From the human T2T-CHM13v2.0 reference genome, Homo sapiens: DNA of 64,000 nucleotides. Location: contig CP068257.2 of assembly GCA_009914755.4 (NCBI GenBank), positions 9,664,001 through 9,728,000 of the forward strand, in the 5' to 3' direction. Positions 1 through 13,846 of this stretch are shown here, piece after piece (positions within the stretch are counted from its first letter, which is position 1; each line of letters starts with the position of its first letter). The notes beneath the pieces are model-generated. The model searched no databases. It was not told the origin of the DNA and was given only the letters and a program-made list of their open reading frames with translations. The position numbers were made by a program, and so were the translations under genes.

Positions 1-1560
1 AGAGAGCCTGAATATCTGCATACAAATGCCCCTTAAGTGTGGCCAGTATCAAAGATATGTATGCACAAGGTGAGACGTCAAGAAGCCTAGCAGAAATCAA
101 TAAATGGGAGGTTGGAGTGCTGAGTTTAGATTTCAGCTAGTGGTTTAGAGAAGAAAGAGGTTGTGGTTCAAACACTGGTAATTACAGAGGATGAGATGGG
201 AGTGAGAAACTATATGGCTAAATGTGGTCATTCTTCAGGTTTTAGCTTTTATGCAGGGTGCTATATGCTGGTTGCTTCCAACACTGAAAAAGTTATTATT
301 TAATTACCTACATATAAAAGATGACCATGAATAGGCATAAGATGAAAGTATGTCATTAATCAAAATGATGATTAATTCAATTCTCTATAATTGAGATTCA
401 ATTAAAAAGAATATTATTCATCACATTCACAGAGTAAATGAGAAAAATCACATAATTTCAGTAGATGCAGATACGTTAAGATCTGTATCCTAACAGATAT
501 TGATACAAAGAAGTATTTGATAAAATTCATCATTAATTTACTGTATATATATATATGCTCTTATTAAACTAGGATTTAAAAGGCACTTAATTAAGTTGAT
601 AAAGTGTATCTTTTGAAATCCTATAAACAATATGTTATGACATAATAATGTGGGAATGTTAGAAGACTTGCTTTTAAACCTGGGAACAAGAAGAGATTCT
701 CTGTTATTTTCCTATGCTGCTGTAACAAATTGCCACAAAATGGGTAGCTTAAAGCAACACAGACTTTTTCTCTTATAGTTCTGAAGGCCAAAAATTCATA
801 ATCAGTATCAGTGGTCTAAAACCAAGGTGTGATCAGCACCCTATTTTTTCCAGAGAACTCAGGGGAGAGTAATTCTAGAAATTATTCCAGAAACGCAGCT
901 TCTAGAACTACATTTCTTGTCTCAAAGGCCACTTCTTCTATCTTCAAAGATAGCAGCGTATAATTTTCAAATATTTCTCCACTTCCATGATCACATAACC
1001 TAGATTCTATGTCAAATCTCCCTCTCCCTCACTCTTATAAGGACACTTAAGATTGCATTTAGAGCCCACCAAGATAATTCATGATAATCTTCCATCACAA
1101 AATTCTTCACTTATTCACATCTGCAAGTCTCTTTGCCATAAAGGTTACATTTACAGGTACTAAGGATTAAGACCTGACATCTCTTGAGGCCATTATTCAC
1201 CCTAACACAGATGTCCTCTCTTGCTGCTTGTTTTACACATTGTACTTTTCTGAATACTTTTGAGAAAGTTTGCTCTAAAGAAGAAAAAAAAGTAGTTCTA
1301 TATTTGTGAGACATGTAGACTGAGGAGAATGACTATTTTTCTAATGTGATATATAAAAGCACATTTATGTGACAATAGCAATAATAGAGAAGATAAAGTT
1401 ATGCAGAAGGGAGAAGATTTGACAATAGCAAGCATGAAAGTCCTGCAGGAGAAAAGTTTGGATGGGATACTGAATAAAATTGTAATATTACTTTTTGATG
1501 CATACGTTCACACCATTTTTTCACAATGCTTCCTAGATTGCTCTGTATTTCTTTCCCATC

Positions 1561-1745
1561 TATATATATATACGCATATATATATACACATATATATACA
1601 CACACATATATATACACACATATATACACACATATATACACACACATATATACACACACATATATACACACACATATATATACACATATATATACACATA
1701 TATATACACACATATATATACACATACACACATATATATACACAT
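1561..1745. repeat. Compound microsatellite (TA)n/(CATATA)n/(CA)n, ~185 bp
   Basis: Uninterrupted alternating tatatacacacatatata units are directly visible. The overlapping track ORFs (MYIYVC... and HIYIHIY...) are translation artefacts of this repeat. Confidence 0.95.
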
Positions 1746-1864
1746 TTTGACTGAAAATGATTGACTAGGATGAAAGAAAATGAGAAAGAAAAACGGAACA
1801 AGGAATTCTCAATTATATAAATAGAATATTATAATTAGTAAACCATGAATAAAAGAAGGCATAT

Positions 1865-2225
<361 letters not shown>

Positions 2226-5200
2226 CTATCTACTTCTGGAATTTCCACCATAAGGGAATAATAATGACGTAGGGGTTCACTTAAAGGACAGAACTTGTAC
2301 TTGGTTACTTATGTACACAATCTCTGCCTTACTTGCTTTTGGTGGATCGTATTGTGTCATTTCAATGTGGCCATTATTGTCTTTTATGAACATATACAAT
2401 AAAGTAATATACCTTTACATAATGTCTACATCTCTACTGTAATTTAAACTTTAATGGCTCAAAAATGCTAAATTACAAAATAGAGAAAGATGTGTGTTAA
2501 ATGCAGATTAATATAATTTAAATAATATTATATATGATAAGGGTTTGTAAAACTTAACTATTAAGATGGATAGATGAGAAAGATAGAAACCTAGAATACA
2601 ATACTAGAAAATCTAGAAACATAGTAGAGATGAGTTCAATAATTCAATTCTATATAAGAGGTCATCAAACTACAAAGCACAGAGCTAATCAGGCCACTGA
2701 TGCATTTTGGTAAACAAAGTTTTATTAGAATAAAGTGACATCCTTTTATTTTACTTATTGTTTATGGATACTTATGCACTACGATGGCAAATACTGGTAC
2801 TTGTGACAGAGATCACATGGCACGTACATTCTAAAATACTTAATAGTTGGCCCTTCACGAAAGGTTTTGAGAGCTACTGCTCTAGGAAATCTCAGGTTCA
2901 ATGTCAGTTATGAATCAGCTTTGCTTAGCATAGCCATGTTTGAAATCCTTTCCAATGACAATAATTGTTACTGCCTCTAGACAGAAGAGTCCAATTATTT
3001 TAAGGTTTCATTATTAGGAATGGTTCATTTAATTAAGCCATAGTTGTTACTTCAAGTATAATTAATTAGTGAAGGTATATTGCTTTTATGGGATATAATT
3101 AATAGGAAAATAGGTTACTGCTCTGTGGCATAGTTAGAATTTAAATGCTGTGGCTTTATAGAATTTAAAGGTAGGGTCTGTTTATTATGAATTATGCCTC
3201 CCATCATCTAGCTCATGTGAGGTAGTTCTGGAATAGCACATTATTTATGTTTGCTGATAATTTATTTTAGATATAATGGTTGGTTAGGAAGGAGTTCATG
3301 GTGAAGAAGGTAGATGTCACAAAAACATGCCTGAAATGGTGATGGAGAAGACGAATCCGTGTATTTATTCATTTAATAAGTTATGTTGTCATTCAAGCAA
3401 ATAAAAATAGTCTTTACTCTGAACATTCATATAAAATATCTGTTGTATAATTAATCGTGTGCTTCTGAATAAAATAGATGAAAGCATAGTTTGCATTATA
3501 AGCATTAATTCATTAAAATTTACCCTGAACATTGTTATTTGGTTTTATTAGCAAGAAATATAGCACTTGGAATGGTTTTAGTAAACCATACATGTGAAGA
3601 ACTCTAGATCATAAAGAACCTAAAATACAGAATTTTCAGCATTATTATAATCTATTTAATTATACATTCAGGTTTATTTGTTACTGAAACTTAGTAACTT
3701 GATTTTGGGAGTTTTATATCGCTTCTGTGTCTTGTTTGTTTGCACAAGTTTGTTTATGGTGAAGTGCAAAGTATTTTAGTAAAAGGGATTTGAGCCACAG
3801 ATGACAAATAATTACAGGAACATATAAACTACACTTGGACTTTAAAGCAGGTTTAGATTATATTACTTTGGTTATTATTCTTTGTTTTCAAAAGGGAATG
3901 ATGGGTTATAGCTTTATGCCCAAATATTTAGGCAAAACACGACAAAAGAAGGGTGAAGAGACCTTTTATCGAATGGACAAAGTAGAAGGTAGCACTCATA
4001 AAATATACTGTTTTGTGTAATAAGTGAATGGAATCTTTACACAATTTTTTGCTAGGGTTAATTGTTTAGGAAACTTTTCTAATTGGCAACTACTTCATAG
4101 AAAAACTTGATCCAGACCTATATGTGGAACTTCCCTTTATATTAACTTGCTGAAATTATTAAAGTTAAAAGCTTGTTTTTCCAGGTTGATACTCTCAAGA
4201 CCTACAAAGACCAGCACATTGAAGCAATCAGTTGATTACCATCATGATGCCTGCGTATGTTTATTTCATGTCAGACACACCTGAGGTCTGTAATTGAATA
4301 CATAAAGAGTGCAACCATGGAAGAAACAAGGTTGGCTTGTGGTGCTCCTATGGCAGCATCAACACAACTTCAAGTGCACCATGAGCATGAGCACTGCCAA
4401 GAAAATATATTGGCTCTCAACTCTCAGAATACTGCCATGTCTAGAACTTTTGGCCTTGCCAACCACTGGGCAGTAAGAGACAGTAACAAATCACAGCAGA
4501 TACTGTTTCCTTAGAGCAATTAAATTACATCAGAAAAACTAAGCTGAGTGATAACAAAACAATTTCTAAATGTCAGGAGCCTATATCAATTCATTCATAA
4601 GTTGCTCATTTCACATGTCCTTGGTGTTGCTTATGATTCTACTCATGGGTCATTGTCACCTTTATACCAGGATCTAGAGGACAAAGCAGCCACTCCAGAA
4701 CATTGAAAGTTACTGTAGTCAAGGAAAAAAAGAATGTTGTGAGGCACGCTCTGAATTTTTGCCTCTAGAAGGAAACAGACACTTTAGTCTACTAACATTT
4801 CAATAAGCAAAAGGAAATCACATTCCATAACTGAATTAAACAGGGCAGTGAGCTATATCCTACCATGTGTGTGAAGAAGCCAAAAAATATGTAAGCAATC
4901 CTAATGTTTATCACCTTAAATTTATCCATGCATGCTACTGTGGTCACTTTCACTGTAAAAGCAGTCATTGCAGAATCATCACCAGTATCTCAGTATATTA
5001 GTCAGGGCAATTAATATTAGTTTCTGAACCAAACTGCAAATATCTGTGACTTAACACAATTTTTTTTCTTCTCATTCATATAATTCAGTAGAGGATTAAC
5101 TTTCTGAAATTCCTTAAACGTTTTCACAGAATCCTCTGCATTTAATATAAAGAGGAGTATGAGAAGCATTGCATGAGGTATCTTATAGCTCAGTCTAAAA

Positions 5201-5894
5201 GTGGGAAATATAACTTCTACCTACATTTCATTCACCAGTGAAATGGTCTCATCCTACCTGCAATTGAGGCTGAAAAATACAGCATTTTCTTGTGGTCCAA
5301 AGAAAGAAATAATGTTACCTCACCAATCTCTGTCAAGGTCAGTCCTTCTGATGCCAAAATACCTGCTTTAATCTTCCTCCCATTATAAAACACACTGACT
5401 TCTCTCAAAATGAAAAATGCAGAGTTCTTTCAAGGTCTGGCATCCAGCTCAAAATGTAGTATCTCTGGCCACTCATAATTCTCCCAGTGAAGTCCAGATA
5501 AGGTCCTCATTTCTCAGTAAAATCTAAACTTAAAAGAATAAATATGTGTCCTGTGTACAAATATGCAACGGTGAAGTGGGAACAAGGTGGCAGCAATAAA
5601 TACATCTCTATCACCACAGTCATTTGTTCTTGACTATTTGCAAATCATTTCAGGAAGACATGGTGAAACATCCTACACTGTGAGTGGCAGAACCCCATGT
5701 GCACTGCAATCTCATTTCCTACCCTCCAGAGGAGTATATAAACTTTTCCTACATAAATAATGGCCACATTTTTGTATCGATACATTGTAAGTTCTAAGAT
5801 GTGTGTGTTTTTTTTTAAGAGGAATTAAAATAGAAAAGCATATACCTAAAAGATGTTCCTCGGGATATATCTGCATATATTCTCTACTCTTGTC

Positions 5895-6110
5895 ATTTTA
5901 AATAAAAATACAGTGGTCCCTTGATATCCTCAAGAGATTGGGTCCAGGACCCCAGAGGATACCAAAATCAGCACATATTCAAGTAATCCTGTGGAACCAG
6001 AGTATACAAAAAGTCAGTCCTCCATATCTGCGGGTTTTTCATCCTGTGGCTACTGTATTTTGATCCACATTTCAATGCAGATGCTGATTTTTTTAATTAA
6101 AAGAATCTCT
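5895..6110. mobile_element. Possible DNA-transposon-derived (MITE-like) repeat, family uncertain
   Basis: The motif cagtggtcccttgatatcc...gggtccaggacccc...ataccaaaatc resembles a human non-autonomous DNA element I recognise but cannot name with confidence. Confidence 0.3.
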
Positions 6111-6474
6111 ATATAAGGGGATGCACACAGCTCAAGCTCATGTTGTTCAAGTGTCAACTGTACTAACTTTTTTATTTCTGTCCAATATAATTTAAATAAC
6201 ATAATTCTGTGAACTGCATGTCATTAATTACATATACTAAGAGGTGGCGTAACAATGTGTTTAAATTCCAAGAAATGGTGGCTAGCAAATTTAATTCTCA
6301 TCTCTGCTCTGCCACAGACAAGTTCTGAAGTCTTGAGCAAATCATGAGTATCTATCTCTAGCTTACTCATCTTAAGAAGGAGCCAGTAAGTAGCAATTAT
6401 CTTTCAGTGTTCTTATGAGAAGTAAATAACCTGTACACATCAATGCTCAGAACAGAGACTGCCATGTGGTATTA

Positions 6475-6973
6475 TGTCCGGAGTTGGTTCCTGCCTGTGG
6501 GTTTGGTGGGTTCGTGGTCTCGCTGACTTCAAGAATGGAGTCATGGACCTTTCCCGTGTTACAGATCTTAAAGATCACGTGGACCCGACGAGTGAGCGGT
6601 AGCAAGGTTTATTGTGAAGAGCAAAAGGAGAAAGCTTCCACAGCATGGAAGGTGACACCAGCAGATTGCCGCTGCTGGCTGGGGTGGCCAGCTTTTATTC
6701 ACGTATTGGCCCCTCCCATGTTCTATTTTTGTCCTATCAGAGTGCCCTTTTTTTCAATCCTCCCTGCAATTGGCTACTTTTAGGATCCTGCTGATTGGTG
6801 CATTTTACAGAGCGCTGATTGGTGCATTTTACAGAGCGCTGATTGGTGCATTTCACAATCCTCTTGCTAGCTACAGAGCACTGATTGGTGCATTTTACAA
6901 TCCTCTTGCTAGACAAAAAAGTTCTCCAAGTCCCCACTCCACCTAGGAAGTCCAGCGGGCTTCACCTCTCAGT
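6475..6973 (+). mobile_element. Solo LTR of the LTR12/HERV9 family (short variant, ~500 bp)
   Basis: The segment tgtccggagtt..ggtgggttcgtggtctcgctgacttcaagaatg...agtgagcggtagcaaggtttattg..agcaaaaggagaaagcttccacagcatggaaggtgacac..ccgctgctggctggggtggccagcttttattc matches the remembered LTR12 consensus. It is followed by tandem gctgattggtgcattttaca units and ends ...gtccagcgggcttcacctc, as LTR12 does. Confidence 0.75.
6791..6905 (+). promoter_or_regulatory. Four tandem CCAAT-box (attgg on this strand) repeats inside the LTR12 U3 region; putative NF-Y binding array
   Basis: The unit ctgattggtgcattttaca is repeated 4 times (3 contiguous ~24-bp units plus one after a spacer). LTR12 U3 repeats are established NF-Y sites and cryptic promoters. 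Confidence 0.5.
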
Positions 6974-9900
6974 ATGTTCTGAATAAATTGGGCTATTAAA
7001 TATGTGATATGAATTAATCAAGCAGAGAAAAAGTTACTAGTGACAGGGAAAAGGAGAAAATATGTATTCAATATTATTTTGTAAACAATTTATAAATATG
7101 CTGCACCTATGAGTTTCTTCTCAGTACCTTAGAAACTATAACACCATGGAAAATTTTGGATAGTTTAGGGAAGTGCATTATTTGGTAATGTGAAAAATAA
7201 GATGGTCGTGATAAAGCAACTTGGGAAAAAAGAAATGGCATGAATCTTGAGAACACGTACCTTCTGAGAATTTTCATGTTTAGAAAAGAGCAAGCTAAAA
7301 ATCTGGAAGCGTATTTGTTCACAGGCAATTTTCAATTGGTCTCAGGCATTTCTGTGCATCTTGCAAATAGGCACTAGCTTCACATTTATTACAGGTTTTC
7401 CTTTTTAAAGATCTTTATATAGTGGATAGCCCTGGAAGATCAAGATATTGTTTATTTATGGATGAGAGAACAGATTTGTTTATTTTCAAGTAAAACGAAG
7501 ATAGTGTTTCCTCCACAGAAAACATCAGACAGGTGTGCTTACTGCTCATTTATTAAAGATTTAAGTTTCCTTTACTTGGAGTTCTTCATCTATGACACAA
7601 ACTGTGTGTAGCATCAACTTGAACTCCTTGTCATCATCTCCAGTAAACTTGAGGGAAAACAGGAACCAGAGCAAAGATGAAGCTCGTGCAACTCTGTGCT
7701 GTGCTGCAAATAATGGAAGTCTTTCTGTCTCTGACCAAACAGTTATGTGTCTTCTGCCAGCATCCATAAAACTGAAGCAGGCTAACTTGTAAGCTCAGAT
7801 CCTTCACAGTTCTTGACAATAGTCCCTAAAACTGTCTGCAGATGCACATCCCTTGGAAAAATTTTGCATCCTTTTAAGAATAATTAATATCCTAGTTAAT
7901 GACAACTATATGACAGGATAGATCACTTTAAGCTTCTACCCAGATTACTATAACTTTTAGGTAAATAATGTATATGCCACTTTTTCTAAGGTTATCTAGC
8001 CATTTTCGATGTAGAAAACAATATTGCGTAAGATAAGCTGAGCATATTTTTCACTTCGTTTTTGTTTTGCAAAACAATTTTATTGGTTTTGTTAATGCCC
8101 CAATCATCAGTACTGCTTGGTATAAGAGCCGAGTTTGAAGAATTATCATGTTGCAAATGTATTTTGTTCAGTTATTTCAAATTAGTAGACAGAATTGAGA
8201 GGTGGAAAATTTTAGAAAAATCTTGGTTAATCATACTTGGAATTTGGTTATGTAATATCTCTTTCTCTTTTGGGGAATACAAAGGTTCATAAACTAGTGA
8301 TAATCTTCACTCTTGGAACCATTAGATGCTATCATGATGTTAGCATAGAAGATAAATTTATAAGTTGCAGTGAGGTAAGGAAATAAAACACGTAAGTCTT
8401 TGAAAACAACACTATGACAGTCCTTGCAGGCTAAAACTTAGACACCAAAGCATTTTTTGTTACTTTTGGAGAATAAAAGAAGTGTGCCCCTCAATGTCTT
8501 GTGGGAGAAAATATATAGTTTGATACACTTGTCAATATCTCTAACTCAAAAATGATGAGTATAAGGAGTGACCCTTATTGTAGTCTTATATTTCTCTCCA
8601 ACAATTAAGAGAGTTGGTGGGGATGTTTTTTCCATGAGTTCATCCCAGGCCCCAGGAGATTTTCATCTTGTATTCTCTTTATAATCCTATCTTAGTGTTT
8701 CATCCTCATGGCTAAGTTCAGCAATACTTCTGCATTCCAGACAGTAAAATGTGTAAGAAGAGATGTAAAAACAATCGGCTTTGCCTTTATGGAGATTAAC
8801 TTAAATTTATGCTCATAATATAATTCATATTATATTTGATCAAAATTAATCACTGATAAGAGACTATAGAAGGTAATCTCCTGCTTGTGGTCATATGTAC
8901 TTAGGATTCTATTACTAAACAAAATGAAAGAATGCATTATATGCACAATTAGTGGTCTCTAGTACAAAGAAATTACCAGGTCATTTCCAATTCTCAATAT
9001 TAAAAAAAAGTTTATTTCTTACTGCACTATCAAATTGGAAAGGTCAGTACAGGGGCATTCAATAATAGTAAAAATATGAATAACAATCATGTATAACAAC
9101 AGAATCATTTAAAAAGATGTATATTTAAAATGTGATTATTGCATTTTATTTCCCCTGGCAGAAAATAATAAACTGGAGAAAAATCACATTTGATTGATGT
9201 CTGTTACATGGATTTTTAAAATTTGTATCAATGAATGCTTTTTAAAGGTAAACTAATTGAGGCCTACCGAAGGTAAATAAATCTTTAGTTATTTTGGTAA
9301 ATATATTTTACAGTTTCATTCTTTTTCAACTTAAGTTAGATAATAGGTACTATATTCTCTCCTAATGTAAATGTTTACGAGCATTGAAACTCCATCTGGA
9401 GAAAATAGAAACACTTTTAATTTAAATGACATTTGAAGAAGGAAATGTATAAATGTATTCAAAACTGTAAGTGAAAATGGGAAGGTCCTATTAAAAAAAA
9501 AAGAAAGGACAAACACTTTCCAATGACCTTTCTATAATATTAGCAAATTTATTATGATCTGTTATGAAAGACTGTTTTGCCTTCCTTGTTTCTACTGTCT
9601 CAACTGCCTAAGTACTAATTCAATTGAAAAGTAACTTCAGGTATGGGTCCATTTTAATGTCCCTCTACAAGATCTGCAGTGCCATTAATTACAATCATAT
9701 AATCTTAGAGCCAAGGACCCTTAGAGATTATCTAATCCTATTCTATTAATGCATGATGAAATGGGCTTAGCAATCTGTCTAAGGTTACACAAATTCAAAA
9801 ACACATAGAAAGTTTTCATAATCAAATTAAATTAAAAGTATAAAACAATGTCACTAATTTATGTATAAGAAAATATTAAATATCATTTTATATGAAGTGA

Positions 9901-12900
9901 TTCTGATAATTTTAATGAGTTCATAACAATGCTTCTAAATATTTCAAAATTTTAGTTTATCATCCAAATATGATAATACTATACACTTTTATAAGTGAGT
10001 CTTCTACAGTGAAAATTACTAATTATAGGAAAGAGAAAATCATGGATAAATAGGGTTGTATCAAACTCTTAAAATGTACATGTGGAAATTTAAAAATATC
10101 CTCTTGCCAAGGGGATGTTGATGTCATTCCATAACAGGATTGACATGTGTAATTAAAACAAACAATAAAAATTAAGAATATATAAATAATATTTTAAATG
10201 CTTGAATTTGTTATTTATAATGAATATTGAAATTTATTTAGTGAGATAAAAGGTTAACAAATTCTTGAATATAATTATACTACTTTTATAATAAAATGCA
10301 TCCAAGCTGAAATCTCACTTCTGTTGTCAATTGCTTTGATGGTTCTAGACTCATTTCCCTATTTTTGGTGAGTCATAAGATGGATGACGCACATGCTCAA
10401 TAGCAGGTTATGTTCATGGCTAAGGTTTATCATAGCAAAAATTACAGAGCAAAACCAGTTCTATTCATATTTTTAATAAATAGTAAACTAATTATATCTT
10501 GTTATTCCTATGCTTTGTCTATCATACCTACACATAAATATAAGCACTGGTAAGTTCTGGTTCCAAACATAGCTTATATATGAATGCCATAATCATTCAA
10601 TATGCATACATTAGCCTTGAATTTTGAAGATTAAAAATTGTTTGTAAAACTATCTAGAAAAAATTTATTATGATTACAGCCACTATTAGGTTTCAAAAGG
10701 GTTCATCAGAAATCTCTGAGGTATATAATGGGGAAAGAATATTTTGACTACCACTTTAACAGGTCTGCTATTTAATAATATTAGTTTCTTTTTAATTGAT
10801 GTTTCATGGACATCCAGAATACTAGCTATAAAATCATATATGCTGCATAATGCAAGGAAAACAAAAGCACCTGTAAATATTACAGAAGACTATACATGTA
10901 TGTATATCATTGCCATAAAATACCTATATACATATATGTATATACACACATAATTGTTTTCACAACCATGATATTATTACTTACAAAAGCATGCAAATTT
11001 AGGGAGATGGCTAAATAAGTTATGGCTTTTTCATAAATTGTAAGCCTATTCATTATAAAATATTATTGAGGATCAACTTTCATTTGTTCCCCAACAAATT
11101 ATTGAGCATCTACTATGTATATTCTAGGCCCATTTCTAGGGACTGGGGAAAAAATAGTGAAAATAACATTCAGAATGTCTTGGCTTCACAGAGCTGTTGT
11201 TCCAGTGTTGGGAGAAAAACAGTAATTAATACCACAAAGTATCATGTGTTGTATGCCAGATGGTTTAAGTTCTATTCTAAAAAATGTGGCAAAGAAGGGG
11301 AATAGAGAGTTCTGGGCACAAGAGGTGCTGGATACTGAACAAGATGGTTGCTGAAAGCCTCACTGGGTGGTATCATCTGAATACAATGAGTGGTTATGAG
11401 AGAATGAGCCAAGAGCATAATTGAGAGAACATATTTTCAGGGAGCAGAAATAGCAAATGAGGCCTTGGTGTATGAACACACCCATGAGGTTCCACTAAGG
11501 ATGCCAATGTGATACAGCAGAGGAGATGAGGTCACACTCCATGGGGAGATGGTCACATAAAGCTTCTTAGAAAATGGTAAGAACTTTGTTTATTTAATTG
11601 GCAGCCATGAAGGGTTTTAAACAGAAAAGCAATCGCCTCTTTAAAGAATTAGCAGTAACAGTTTGACTGATCTGTGAAAATAGACCACAGCATAGCAAAA
11701 GAGAAAACAGGGAAATTAGCGAGGAAAGTATCGTGTAAACTATTGCTGAAGCTGTTCTAAACTATAAACTATGTAAATTATAAATTGAAATTGTTCTATG
11801 CAAACAAGATATATTTGAACCCTGTATATTAGAGGCAAAAGTCCATGATATTGGCAATGTTTTGGCCTGAACTATGGGAGGAACAGAGTTGGAATTACTC
11901 ACCTGGGTTTAAATTTGGGAGGAGCAAATTTGGGAATAGAGGATAGGAAAGATCAATAGTTTTATTTTTAACAGGCTTAATTTTAAATAGACAATCATAT
12001 AATATATTTTAAATAAACTATTAATCATAAAATAATGTCAGGCTATATTTTAATACTCACCTATCAATTATAAATAAATAAAATGATAAGAAAATACATA
12101 AAAACCGCAATAGTTTTTGTAATTAGACAGTGGAGTTACTTGTGATTTTAATGATGTAGGAATTATTCAGTTTTTAAATAATAAATCTTTATTAATTTTA
12201 TAATTATCAAAGATGCTATAAAAAGAAATAATTTTTTTATTACTATGCTACTGATGTATTTCCATTGCATTGACTAACAAAATTAATACTAGAATTTTCA
12301 AAAGTATCCACAGTGGTTACTTTATTTGCACTGTTAATTCAGCTCTTTTTAAGTATGCCTTCTCGTTCCCTAATTGATATAATTCAGAGACTACACTTGG
12401 ACACAATTTAATGAATAAGCAAATTAGGTCCAGTTATTCCAATATGAAATTCCTTTTAATTATGGGCTACTTTTGGAGATGTAGAATAATTTGAATGTTT
12501 AATTTGGTGACTCAGTATGACCTACTTCACATTGTTTTATGAGTGGGTGAAAAATATAAGTGCTAGGAAATGTGTACCAGAAATAATTTGTCATCTAATT
12601 ACATTTCAGAACATTATACCTCCTCAAAGCCTTGTTTCGGCATATATCTCATTTTAAAAATCTATGTTGCATATATGTTTACTTCTTTAAAATTTTAAAA
12701 ATGTTTGTGGCATTCACATAAAATACAGAAGAGACTAGCAATAAGTGACATACATGTACTTCAGGACCTGAAAATTTATATATTTTTTTCTTTCCTTAAA
12801 AAGAATATATTCAAATACATCATGAGAAAAATGTATAGCTTTATAGTTAGGATAAACCTTTAATTCAAGTGCTGTTACTTGAATTAAGGATGCACAAGCC

Positions 12901-13560
12901 CCGGACTCTACTCCACAAACCCCACCCACTCTTCTCACCACATAAATACCTAGGGAGAGGGATCTGTCTGAAGGAACCTTTCCCACAACAGCCTTTATTC
13001 AAAATGACACACCTGCCACTTTCTTGATGCCTACTCTTGTACTCCAACTGCAGTGTGATTCATTACACACAGTTTGCTTGTATGTTATATGACAGTGATT
13101 ACATCAAGGATTTGGGTACTAGCTAACTGAACTGATATATTTGAAAGTACTTTATAAAACAGAAAGTGCTGAATAACCATTAAGTATACAGAATGATTTG
13201 GCAACAATCATATGTAGTACCATATTTTCTGAAATATCTATTTCTTAAAAAACAAGTTTCATTAAGTATATTATTTGCTGAATAATCTCTCAAAGGTCAT
13301 GTTTTCATATAGCTACTATTATTGCATTTTGAAATCAAACATTATTTTCTTTGCCATTTCAGAGAAGCCCTTGGTAATCCAGCCCGCAAGTGCAATTCAT
13401 GCGCATGGCTCTAAAGAGAAATGGGCAAACAAAAAGAAGATTAACTACACATTCAATAATCATTTATTTATTTTCTTAGAGATATCTACAGTAGCTCTCT
13501 CTTATCCTTATTTTAATAAATGCTGACGTACAGAATTAGTGAGATTTTTGGTAATAATAT

Positions 13561-13846
13561 TTTTTTTTTTGAGGCAGAGTCTTGCTCTGCCAACCAGGTT
13601 GAAGTGCAGTGGTGCAATCTCCACTCCCTGCAACCTCCACCTCCTGGGTTTAAGCGATTCTCCTGCCTCAGCCTCCTGAGTAGCTGACAGGTGCGCACCA
13701 CCACGCCCTGGCTAATTTTTTTGCATTTTTAGTAGAGATGGAGTTTCACCATGTTGGCCAGGCTGGTCTCACTCCTGACCTCAAGTGATCTGCCTGCCTC
13801 GGCCTCCCAGAGTGCTGGGATTACAGGCATGAGCCACCGCGCCCAT
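13561..13846 (-). mobile_element. Alu SINE, minus orientation
   Basis: A poly-T stretch is followed by gaggcagagtcttgctctgccaaccaggttgaagtgcagtggtgcaatctc. The element ends ...ggattacaggcatgagccaccgcgccc. Confidence 0.95.

Noticed and set aside
1399-1801. Six overlapping 60-117-aa ORFs on both strands
   Set aside because: All are translations of the (TA/CA)n compound microsatellite (YIYVC.., HIYTHIY..). They are artefacts.
12840-13060. LTR-like looking segment (..ccccggactctactccacaaaccccacccactc.. with tg/ca-like ends)
   Set aside because: I could not match it to any LTR consensus from memory and it has no clear TATA or poly-A signal pair. I left it unannotated rather than guess.
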